A stretch of DNA of 64,000 nt. Origin: Candidatus Latescibacterota bacterium (lineage in GTDB: Bacteria > Latescibacterota > UBA2968 > UBA8231). Under the pieces are notes generated by a model that worked only from the letters and a program-made list of their open reading frames with translations, had not been told where the DNA came from and made no database searches. The translations under genes and the position numbers were made by a program. The stretch is taken from NCBI GenBank assembly GCA_965203175.1, contig OZ241867.1:5600001-5664000 (forward strand). Direction: 5' to 3'. Numbering within the stretch: position 1 is the first letter of the stretch; each line of letters starts with the position of its first letter. Of this stretch, positions 45,871 to 54,650 are shown piece after piece.

Positions 45871-47951
45871 TGTGGACGAGCACAGGCCAAACGGGTAAAT
45901 CGCCGCCTTGGCAGTTGCGCCCATTGCTATTGGCCGCGGCCTTGCTGGTGGGCACCACAGGTCATGCGGAAGAATGGACCGTTGATCAGTGGGAGCAGAC
46001 CGTGTACTACCGACATACCCTCAATGCACCCGAGGCGGGATCTGCCCTGCTGCGCCTGACTGCAGCAGACGAATACGAGGTTTTCCTCAACGGCGAAACC
46101 ATCGGCAGCGACGACAATTGGACCACCATGGAAGAATACCCGGTCGAGCTCAAGCGGCGCAAAAACGAACTGGCCGTGCGCGTCGTCAATCGCGGCCGGG
46201 GCAACAGCAGCGGCCTAGTTGTGGAGGTGAGCGCCGCAGAGCAGTCATGGGTCAGCACCTTTGGTGCGTTGCAGAATTTTTGGTACTGGAGCGGAGAACC
46301 CCAAGAAGACGCGGGCTGGCAGACAAAGGATGTGAGCCGACTGGACACTTGGCAGCAAGTGCAGCGCGGCCAGCTAGACAGGACGGGTGTATCCGGCTGG
46401 TCCGATACACTGAAGGCCGATGTAATCGCTGGCTTTCCCGGTGGCATCGACATAGGTCAGCCAGCCGGCGGCCTGAGCCTGCGTTCAGTGGAGGGAGAAA
46501 ACCTAGCGTTCAGGCTGCCCTCCAACCGCCCAGAAGTATTCGACGGCCGCTTCAATACCGGCTGGACCGTAGATCCGACCGAGTTGAACGCCATTGCCCA
46601 GGTGGATCTGTTGAACCGGCGTCTAATCAGCGAGGTGCGGGTCCTGACTCAGGGTAGAAACGCCGACGAGTTTGTCCAGAATACCCTGCGCGGCTACGCC
46701 ATCCAAGTAAGCAACGACCAGTTTGGCTGGAGCGAGGTGGGCGTGCTGCACAGCATTGATCAACCCGAACGCACAGCCATCGCCTTTGCCCCAGTCTTTG
46801 CCCGTTACCTACAAGTGATCATCGCCGAGGTCGATGCGGTGCAGCGCGCCAAAGTAGCCGAGATTCAGGTGCTGGGCAGTGGTATTGCCCCTGCGGGCAA
46901 CTTTGTCTCGCCGCCCCTAGACCTAGGACGGCCCGGAGAGCGCAAGAATTTCACCTCTGTGCGCTGGGGCGGCCAAGTGCCGGACGGTACCGCGCTCGGG
47001 TTGCAATTCCGCAGCTCAAACGACGGCAGCACTTGGAGCGATTGGAGCGCGCCTATACACACCAGTCCGGCTCTGCTACAGGTGCCCGAACCGCGCACTT
47101 TCCTGCAGTACCGGGTCAATATGGAGACTCAAGTCGAAGATGCGGGCCCGCGCTTGGACAGTCTGATTGTCGATTTCACCGACCAGATTCCCGCCTCGCT
47201 GGTCCGCGGCTGGGTCGAACCCAATCGGGCCGTGCTGGGTCGAGACACCCTTTTCACGTATCGCCTAGAGTTGGATTTCAGTGATGATGATCTAGGAGTA
47301 GAGCGGGTGCGTGTTGCCCTACCCAGTCAGATCGAGCTAGAAGAAATTGTGCCTCCACCTGGGATGGAAATCGCCACAACCACAGCATCGAGCACCGAGC
47401 TAGATATAGTACTGGCCGAGCCCTGGCGCCAAACGGGGACCCTAGAAATGCGCTTCCGCGGACGGCTACTGAGCAATGTCTTCCAGTTCCGCGCCCAAGT
47501 CTCTGGTCCAGACGGAGGCGCGACGCTGGATGCCGAAGAGAACATTGAACCCGACCCAGACAGCGGTCAGCCGCGCTCATGGGAGGTATCTGCCAGCGGT
47601 GTCGAAGGGACCCTATTGAGTCAAGTGCGCCCGGTACCACAAGCATTTAGCCCCAACGGCGACGGCATCAACGACGAAACAGCGATCGAATTTACCCTAG
47701 CGCGGATAAGCGAGCCCCAAGTAGTAGAAGTGGACATATTCGATGTCCAAGGCCGGCCTGTGCGCGCCCTATATGCAGCCACCCTGAGCGCGGGCGAATA
47801 CGTGTCCGCGTCGCCCTCGGTGCCGGGCCTATGGGACGGCAGGAACGATGCCGGTGAACTCGTGGCACCAGGACTCTACCTAGCGCGCGTGCGGCTCCTT
47901 CTCGAGCGCAAAGAAGAAAGCCGCCTGCGCGCTGTAGCCGTGGTGTACTGA
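45867..47951 (+). CDS. Exported discoidin/FlgD-Ig-tail protein, paralog 2
   Basis: Collinear homolog of 38369-40420. AFSPNGDGIND...WDGRNDAG..VAPGLY...VAVVY. Confidence 0.85.
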   Translation: MMWTSTGQTGKSPPWQLRPLLLAAALLVGTTGHAEEWTVDQWEQTVYYRHTLNAPEAGSALLRLTAADEYEVFLNGETIGSDDNWTTMEEYPVELKRRKNELAVRVVNRGRGNSSGLVVEVSAAEQSWVSTFGALQNFWYWSGEPQEDAGWQTKDVSRLDTWQQVQRGQLDRTGVSGWSDTLKADVIAGFPGGIDIGQPAGGLSLRSVEGENLAFRLPSNRPEVFDGRFNTGWTVDPTELNAIAQVDLLNRRLISEVRVLTQGRNADEFVQNTLRGYAIQVSNDQFGWSEVGVLHSIDQPERTAIAFAPVFARYLQVIIAEVDAVQRAKVAEIQVLGSGIAPAGNFVSPPLDLGRPGERKNFTSVRWGGQVPDGTALGLQFRSSNDGSTWSDWSAPIHTSPALLQVPEPRTFLQYRVNMETQVEDAGPRLDSLIVDFTDQIPASLVRGWVEPNRAVLGRDTLFTYRLELDFSDDDLGVERVRVALPSQIELEEIVPPPGMEIATTTASSTELDIVLAEPWRQTGTLEMRFRGRLLSNVFQFRAQVSGPDGGATLDAEENIEPDPDSGQPRSWEVSASGVEGTLLSQVRPVPQAFSPNGDGINDETAIEFTLARISEPQVVEVDIFDVQGRPVRALYAATLSAGEYVSASPSVPGLWDGRNDAGELVAPGLYLARVRLLLERKEESRLRAVAVVY

Positions 47952-47967
47952 TGGAAGTAGGCAGATC

Positions 47968-50904
47968 GTGAAAAAACCGACAATACACATCTGCTGTGTG
48001 CTCCTAGTCTTGCTGTGGGCAATAGTCCCGAGCTTGGCGGAAACGCCGCGTCTGGGCATTCCCGAGATTCTGCCTTCCCAAGACTTTCTCTGGCGGCAGT
48101 TGCCCCAGTACAATAACTACGCCTTTCAGGGCTATTCCAACTACCCGGACCACACCTTCCCCTACGCCGACCGACCTCGGGCCTTCTACGATTCCTTCGG
48201 CGATCCCCTCATTACTGGTTACGACTTGTACGACTGGACCGAGCGCCGCACGCTCGGTCAGGAATACGGCAGCAGCATCTTCAAGGATCGCAACCAGTGG
48301 AGCACGGTTTTCGATTTTCTAGTGGTGGGCCGCGACAGCTATAACGACTGGGGATACAGCGCCATTGTCGGCGATGGTCTGATCGCCCGCTTCACTCCGC
48401 TGACCCTGTCGCAAGTTGACTTTAATGGTGCCCGCTTCGACTTGGCCACTCCTTATGCCCGCTTCACCTTCCTAGGATCGCGCATCGAACGTCCTCATTT
48501 TTACATCGAATCCGTTTCCCCCTGGGCCATCGAAAATACGCACTTTGCCGACGATTCGACCATTCTGCTGGGGACGCGGCTGGAAACGGATATCGGGGCC
48601 CTGCGGCTGGGCCTAAACGGCGTGAACACGCACGTGTATCAAAGCACTCAAGACAACAACAGCCTCAAAGGATCCCTGAGACCCAAGCTGCCGTCCATGG
48701 ACCAGATTGTGGTGCGCTTTACCGATGACTCGCCCCACGACGGCCGCGGCGGTGCCTTGGTGCAGGAAGCGCAACTCATACTCAACGGCGAAGCCCGGCC
48801 CGATATCGTGCCAACAGTGATTCGCCACTTCGAAGGTGTAGATACGCAGGTGGGCACTATCTCCCGGCTGACGGGCCAATTCAACCCGACCATTTACACT
48901 AACCCTCGGGGCTATTACCAGATAGCCACGCTCTACTACCGAGGCAGAAACGATATGCCGCTCTTTGCCGATTACCTTTATCGCGCCGACCACGAGGCCG
49001 GCATTGATGTGAGTAAGAATACCAACCTCGAAGGGCTGCTGGCCACGTTCAAACTCGAATCGCCCGAGGAGATCCTCCAAGCCGACGGCAACGAGCACTT
49101 GGTGTTCGTCTTCGATCTGTCGCAGGAGCCCTACGTGGAATCGGTGGCTGTGGAAGCGGCGCTGGCCAATGACTACCGAGTAGAAGTGGCTACCCTCAAT
49201 CTCAACAATCCGCGGGGACGCGGCTATCCCAATCAGTACGTGAGCACATTCTACCGGACCGTCCTGCGCGCCGAGGGCAATGTGCAGGACGGCTCCAATC
49301 TGGCCAGAAGGCGGATCAATGTGGGCGAAAACACGTCGCTTTTCACCTACAGCGCCGATATGCACCTTGCCCTAGCCGGCCTAGAAGTCAACGGCGAATA
49401 CGCCCGTTCAGCGCGCTACTCCCGCTTTCCGGCGCGCATGGACGAGACCACACTGTACGACCGAGGACCGCGCTTCTCCGAGAAAGGATCGGCCTGGTAC
49501 ATCAATGCCGTGCGCTGGTTCAAGGGAGGCCGTCTAGGGGCCGAAGCCTTTGCCATGAATCCAGACTTCCACACGGGAATGCGCACCTTTGTGCCATTCG
49601 AAATCGGTTTGACAGAAACTACGCTGGCCGGCCTGGCCAACAACACCATCTTCTGGGATCTAGTGCAGGACAACGAGGACGGCGACCGCTATCCAGACAA
49701 GCGCGTGGGCAATCTACAGGGGCAACCCAACGACCGCGAAGACGAGGACATCGACGGAGTGTTCCCCGGCCAGGACGACGACAACGACGGCCTGCCCGAC
49801 ACCAACCGCAACTTCAACGATGTGCCCGACTACGTCGAGCCCTTCCTCATGTACTACGTCGAATCCAACGACTTCTTCTACGGCCTCGACCGCAACAACA
49901 ACGACGATCCCGATGTGCGCGAGGACGATCTAGACCCCGATTACCCTTACGACGCCGACCAGCGCGGCATCCATCTATTCGGTCAGCTAGATCTGACGTC
50001 TCAGTGGTCTTTGGGGGCGGGGCGCTACGACATCGAACAAATCGCTGGCGGCGGGCGCAACAAATCGACCTACGCGCTGGTGAACTACCGGCGCGAAGAG
50101 TTGGGACGGCTGCAGCGGCTGTTTTTCGAAAACCACCTGCGCCGCGTCAAAGACGATATCGCCGACGAATTCTCCGTGCTGGTCGAACGGCCGAAGCGCA
50201 TAGATACAGATTTTCGCGGCCTAGTCGCCGGCAACAAGCCCTCTTTCACCAACAATTTCCGCGCCGACCCGCTGCTGTATCGCAACAGCTATGTCAATGA
50301 CACCTATCTGGAGAGCTGGCTCAATCCCTGGTCCACCCTCCAGATGGTCCACAAAGTCCGCCTGCGCTTCAACTGGCAACAAGCTGGCCCCTTGCCCGGC
50401 GGCCTAGTCCAGCGCGACAAACGGCTCGATTTCTTCACTTGGGTCAGCCGTGCCGACTACACTTGGCATTGGCACCGGCTGCAGATCCAACCCCAGTTCA
50501 AGGTCCTGCTGCTGCGTCTAGTGGACCAAGCCGCCGACCGCCAACTCGACGGCCGCTACACCCACCGCACCGTGCGCTCGGAACTCAGTGTCATTCCCAT
50601 CCTGCGCTGTACCCTGCCGCTAATGCAGCGCAGCCAGCTACAACTGGGCATCCAAGGCTTGGGGCCGTTACCCTACCGGGTCGAGGACCGGGTCAATGCA
50701 CGCAATAGTTTTGACCAGCACACATTGTATCTCAACGTGAACAATCGCTCGAAGTACTTCGGCTACGATCTGCGCACGATCGTGGGATTACAGCGAGAGG
50801 TCAAGACATTCGACGAGGCATCGCGGGCGAGCGACGCTTTTGATGCGCTGACTTTTTTCGCCCGCGTCCTCATTGGCTTTACCGAATATGGACGGCTCCT
50901 ATAA
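47968..50904 (+). CDS. Large exported protein, predicted outer-membrane barrel, paralog 3
   Basis: Signal peptide, YDSFGD, DSYNDW, NGARFD, FPGQDDDNDGLPDTN, DPDYPY. Confidence 0.7.
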   Translation: MKKPTIHICCVLLVLLWAIVPSLAETPRLGIPEILPSQDFLWRQLPQYNNYAFQGYSNYPDHTFPYADRPRAFYDSFGDPLITGYDLYDWTERRTLGQEYGSSIFKDRNQWSTVFDFLVVGRDSYNDWGYSAIVGDGLIARFTPLTLSQVDFNGARFDLATPYARFTFLGSRIERPHFYIESVSPWAIENTHFADDSTILLGTRLETDIGALRLGLNGVNTHVYQSTQDNNSLKGSLRPKLPSMDQIVVRFTDDSPHDGRGGALVQEAQLILNGEARPDIVPTVIRHFEGVDTQVGTISRLTGQFNPTIYTNPRGYYQIATLYYRGRNDMPLFADYLYRADHEAGIDVSKNTNLEGLLATFKLESPEEILQADGNEHLVFVFDLSQEPYVESVAVEAALANDYRVEVATLNLNNPRGRGYPNQYVSTFYRTVLRAEGNVQDGSNLARRRINVGENTSLFTYSADMHLALAGLEVNGEYARSARYSRFPARMDETTLYDRGPRFSEKGSAWYINAVRWFKGGRLGAEAFAMNPDFHTGMRTFVPFEIGLTETTLAGLANNTIFWDLVQDNEDGDRYPDKRVGNLQGQPNDREDEDIDGVFPGQDDDNDGLPDTNRNFNDVPDYVEPFLMYYVESNDFFYGLDRNNNDDPDVREDDLDPDYPYDADQRGIHLFGQLDLTSQWSLGAGRYDIEQIAGGGRNKSTYALVNYRREELGRLQRLFFENHLRRVKDDIADEFSVLVERPKRIDTDFRGLVAGNKPSFTNNFRADPLLYRNSYVNDTYLESWLNPWSTLQMVHKVRLRFNWQQAGPLPGGLVQRDKRLDFFTWVSRADYTWHWHRLQIQPQFKVLLLRLVDQAADRQLDGRYTHRTVRSELSVIPILRCTLPLMQRSQLQLGIQGLGPLPYRVEDRVNARNSFDQHTLYLNVNNRSKYFGYDLRTIVGLQREVKTFDEASRASDAFDALTFFARVLIGFTEYGRLL

Positions 50905-50942
50905 CTGGCACCCAAGCCGCATTTTTCGCAAAGGACAACACC

Positions 50943-52493
50943 GTGATTTCTCCCATCCGCAACCAGCGCCCGCCCTACAAATTGCCGTCGAATATTATCT
51001 ACTTTCACGACTGGCGCTACGTCCATCACGGCAGTCATTCGACCGGCTGGCGCAACGCCGAAGGGCAATGGCTGCGCATCTGGACCAACGACGAGAGACC
51101 ACCCCTGATACACGAGCCGAATTACATGCCCACCGGCATCCGCCTGCGCGCCAAACCAGCGACTAAGAGCGAGCCTTTCCTACTGCCAGCCGCGGACGAA
51201 GGCTTCATCTGGCCCGGCACCGTAATCCGCGAAGAGGGGCGCTACCGACTCTGGTACGAATTGTTCGCGGGCGAACATGTCGGCCACGAAAAATATCCCA
51301 TCGGCGCAGCCGACTACATCTGCTACGCCGAATCAGACGACGGTGAAAACTGGCGCTTTCCCGCGCAGGGCCGCATCGATCGCAAGGGTTCCAAGGACAA
51401 CAATATTGTTTATGGGCTGCCCCAGGTCGAAGAGACCGGTTTGCACGGTGCCACCGTGTTCAAGGATGAGTCGGCCTCTTCAGAAGAGCGCTACAAAATG
51501 ATCTACGTGGGCCATCTAAGTCCGGCGCAAAAGGAGCGCTACCTGCAACAGAGGCCCGATGAGGTCGGAGCGCTCAATCTGGAGGCAGAAAAGTGGGACG
51601 GCCTGTTCGGCGCCATCTCGCCCGACGGCTTTAACTGGACGCCCATCCCCGATCCGCTCGTCGCGCAAATCAGCGACACCCTCAATGTTTGCGAGTACGA
51701 TCCAGTGCTGGGACAGTACGTGGCCTATTGCCGCAGCCATTTCTTCAACCGCCGCAGCATCGGTCGCACTGCTTCTGCAGATTTCCGTCGCCTGCCCCTG
51801 TCCGAGGAAGTCTTCTGGCCCAACGCCGCGGCTGAACCCTACGATTTGTGGTACGCCAATTCCAAAACAAAAATGCCGGGCACCACCGACTACCACCTCA
51901 TGTTCCCGCTGCGCTGGCGCTTGATAGACGATTCCTTCAGCTTTGTGCTGGCCGCCAGCCCGGACAATGTGGTGTGGAACTTCGTGCCCGGCGGGCCAGT
52001 GTGCGAACCCGGCGATGGGGGCACCTGGGTCGAGGGGGCCGTGTCAGCCGGCGTCGGCCTAGTGCCTTTGCCCGGCGAGCGCATGGGCATCACCATATGC
52101 GGCTCGCCAGAACCGCACAAGCACCTGCGCCAGCCGCCGCACGGGCACATTGCTTGGGCCTGGTGGCCCAAGGGACGGCTCGCTGCTCTGGAAGCACCGG
52201 TAGAGGGGCGCTTCAGAACCTTTCAGCTAGCAATTGAACAGCGCCGCGTCCACCTCAACTTCAAGACCGTGCCCGGAGGCAGCGTAAAGGTGCAGGTCAT
52301 GGATCGCAAGTACCAGCCCCTGCCCGGCCGCTCATTCGAGGACTGCGACTGGCTAGTCGGCGACCACCTAGATCGCGAAGTGACCTGGCAAGGCGAAGCC
52401 GACCTGGGCCACCAAGGCGAAGGGCCGATCTCGCTGGGCTTTCAGATACGCTGCGGCGAACTCTACAGCGTCGAATTCAAAAATCCCGCCTGA
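50943..52493 (+). CDS. Hypothetical glycosidase-like beta-propeller protein
   Basis: GRYRLWY, YAESDDGENW, ERYKM, SPDGFNW, plus a C-terminal beta-sandwich. Paralog of 62189-63706. Confidence 0.7.
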   Translation: MISPIRNQRPPYKLPSNIIYFHDWRYVHHGSHSTGWRNAEGQWLRIWTNDERPPLIHEPNYMPTGIRLRAKPATKSEPFLLPAADEGFIWPGTVIREEGRYRLWYELFAGEHVGHEKYPIGAADYICYAESDDGENWRFPAQGRIDRKGSKDNNIVYGLPQVEETGLHGATVFKDESASSEERYKMIYVGHLSPAQKERYLQQRPDEVGALNLEAEKWDGLFGAISPDGFNWTPIPDPLVAQISDTLNVCEYDPVLGQYVAYCRSHFFNRRSIGRTASADFRRLPLSEEVFWPNAAAEPYDLWYANSKTKMPGTTDYHLMFPLRWRLIDDSFSFVLAASPDNVVWNFVPGGPVCEPGDGGTWVEGAVSAGVGLVPLPGERMGITICGSPEPHKHLRQPPHGHIAWAWWPKGRLAALEAPVEGRFRTFQLAIEQRRVHLNFKTVPGGSVKVQVMDRKYQPLPGRSFEDCDWLVGDHLDREVTWQGEADLGHQGEGPISLGFQIRCGELYSVEFKNPA

Positions 52494-52536
52494 TGTCCAT
52501 GAGTAAAAATCAGGCGCAAGAACCTCTTAAAAATGC

Positions 52537-52565
52537 TTGACAGACTCGGCTAAAAGTCATATTCC
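52537..52565 (+). promoter_or_regulatory. Putative sigma70 promoter
   Basis: TTGACA, 17 bp, weak TATTCC, in an AT-rich gap. Confidence 0.35.
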
Positions 52566-52667
52566 TAGAAATACGGCTACTTTTAAGTATTCAACTTGTT
52601 TATTTTTACTGAGTTATTGATTTTGCAGCAGGTAGTCATTCACTTTTTCTCAAACCAAGGAGGCACC

Positions 52668-54539
52668 ATGCGTAAATTGCGCATTTTGGCCATTAGCTGG
52701 TCAATAGCAGCACTCGCCGTCGGGGCGACGTGGGCACAGGACCCGACCTACCCCTCAGGCCCTGACTATGGAGATGCATTTGAACTACCTGACGTCTCCG
52801 GTGAGTTCAATCCAATGGCCGTTTCCACTCAGGATGTGGCCTACGACGGCAACGGTAGCGTGGACATTCCCTTTACCATCAACCAGCGCGCCACAGTCTG
52901 GGTAGTGATCTACCGCAAAGGTAGCGGCGAAACCGGAGAGCGGGGGCCAGCCGGCGCTTGGCTGCGCTTAGAGCCCCAAGATCTGTACATCGCCACCACG
53001 CCAGGTCAAGTCGCCGAATCCGGCGATGGCACCGTCACTTGGGACGGCAACGACTGGGAGGGCAATGCCGCGGGAGCCGGCGACTACGAATTCGACGTGG
53101 TCGCGGTCAACAACCTCGACAGGCCGGTCCTAGCCGGTCCTGGGGCGGGTCCCACGGGGTTCACCGCCCCCAATATTGACACCTCGCAGGATCCGCCCGA
53201 AATCTGGGTCCAAGAATACGAGCGCGAAGTGCCCGACCGGGGCCACACGGCCGGCGACATGGTCCGCGGCACCTTGGGCACGGACTATCTGGCCAACCCC
53301 AACGCTTGGGAGCGCTGGAAATTCGACTTCGGCTTTGAGGGTGCCCGCACCTTTGGCGGCATGCGCATAGACGATCAGGATCCAGAGATCTTTTGGACCT
53401 CCCATCGCCGCGAAGAGAACGGCGGGCTCTACAAAATCCGCATTAACCGCGCCGCTCAATCTTGGGATCGAGTCACCGAATTCGGCACCAACGGCCAGTC
53501 GCCCAATGCCAACGGCGACCGCATCGTCGAATTTCAGCCCAAAGGCGATGTGGTGTTCAACGCCCTGTGGGGCAGGCAAGAGGTTCCCTTCAACGCCGTT
53601 GAAGTGCGCGACAAAACCACCGGCGAAATCACCCAAGCATTCGATGTAACCGAGTTCTACAACGTGATCAGAGTCGATGATGACGGCAACGAGACCGTCT
53701 CCGGTGCCGGCCCCGCTCAGATCTCGGTGACCGACGACGGCATCTGGGTCTCTTCGTGGGCCCACCCGAACATTCTGCGCCTGGACCACGACGGCAATGT
53801 GATGTGGGCCAACCGCAACGGCGATTTGTGCGGCGACGCTATTTCCAATGAAGAAGCCGCCGCCATCGGCGCCTTGGGCGGATCCAGAATAAACAACTTG
53901 GGCGTCACCGCCGACAAAACCAGCAACATCGTCTTTATCAATGCCGGCAGCCGGGCGGCGACCATAAGCGCACTAGGACGCGACGGTGCCTGCGCCTTTG
54001 AAATCGAATTCCCCGCTAGCTGGGGCCAGATGCGGCCGGGAGGTACCCGTTTCCTCCTATTGCAAGAGGGCGGTCCCTACGACGGTCTCTATACGAGAAA
54101 CGGCATGCGCTTAGAGACCTTTTCCTACGGCTACGGGGACGACGAGACCTCTATCCCCTACGGCCCCCATCTGCTGCTCTATACGCCTACGGCCTTGGCC
54201 TCGGGCAAGTTGGGTGACGTCGCCACTGCTATAGCAGAGGTGGCCGCCAGCACTCCCGACGCATATAGTCTGGGCAATGCCACTCCCAACCCCTTCAACC
54301 CGAGCACCGTCATCGAGTTTACCATACCCGATGCCGAAGCACACGTGAAGTTGCAGGTCTTTAATGCCGCCGGTCAGTTGGTGGCCACCTTGGCCGACCA
54401 GACCATGACCGGGGGCAAATACCGGGCCGATTGGGATGCGCGCAATACCAGCGGCGAGTTGGTTTCCAGCGGTGTTTATTACTACCGCATGGAGGCGGGC
54501 TCGTTCGTTGAATCGCGGGCAATGACCTTCCTGAAGTAA
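52668..54539 (+). CDS. Exported protein with T9SS type-A-like/FlgD C-terminal sorting domain
   Basis: SD AAGGAGG, ATG 52668, signal peptide, C-terminus TAI...NATPNPFNPSTVIEF...WDARN..G..VSSGVYYYRM...MTFLK. Confidence 0.88.
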   Translation: MRKLRILAISWSIAALAVGATWAQDPTYPSGPDYGDAFELPDVSGEFNPMAVSTQDVAYDGNGSVDIPFTINQRATVWVVIYRKGSGETGERGPAGAWLRLEPQDLYIATTPGQVAESGDGTVTWDGNDWEGNAAGAGDYEFDVVAVNNLDRPVLAGPGAGPTGFTAPNIDTSQDPPEIWVQEYEREVPDRGHTAGDMVRGTLGTDYLANPNAWERWKFDFGFEGARTFGGMRIDDQDPEIFWTSHRREENGGLYKIRINRAAQSWDRVTEFGTNGQSPNANGDRIVEFQPKGDVVFNALWGRQEVPFNAVEVRDKTTGEITQAFDVTEFYNVIRVDDDGNETVSGAGPAQISVTDDGIWVSSWAHPNILRLDHDGNVMWANRNGDLCGDAISNEEAAAIGALGGSRINNLGVTADKTSNIVFINAGSRAATISALGRDGACAFEIEFPASWGQMRPGGTRFLLLQEGGPYDGLYTRNGMRLETFSYGYGDDETSIPYGPHLLLYTPTALASGKLGDVATAIAEVAASTPDAYSLGNATPNPFNPSTVIEFTIPDAEAHVKLQVFNAAGQLVATLADQTMTGGKYRADWDARNTSGELVSSGVYYYRMEAGSFVESRAMTFLK

Positions 54540-54589
54540 AGGCTCTGTACCGCCAGCAAAACCGCAGGGGCTTCGCTCCTGCAGCCTCA

Positions 54590-54626
54590 AAGAAGCCGTC
54601 TTGGGTCTTTTCCAAGACGGCTTCTT
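54590..54626 (+). terminator. Strong hairpin, probable terminator
   Basis: 15-bp perfect stem AAGAAGCCGTCTTGG/CCAAGACGGCTTCTT, preceded by a smaller hairpin at 54564-54582. Confidence 0.75.
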
Positions 54627-54650
54627 ACTTAGCCGAGGGAGGTAAGGGCA

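Noticed and set aside
38369-50904. Paralog repeats as DGR template/variable regions
   Set aside because: No reverse transcriptase is present, and divergence is spread along the genes rather than adenine-specific.
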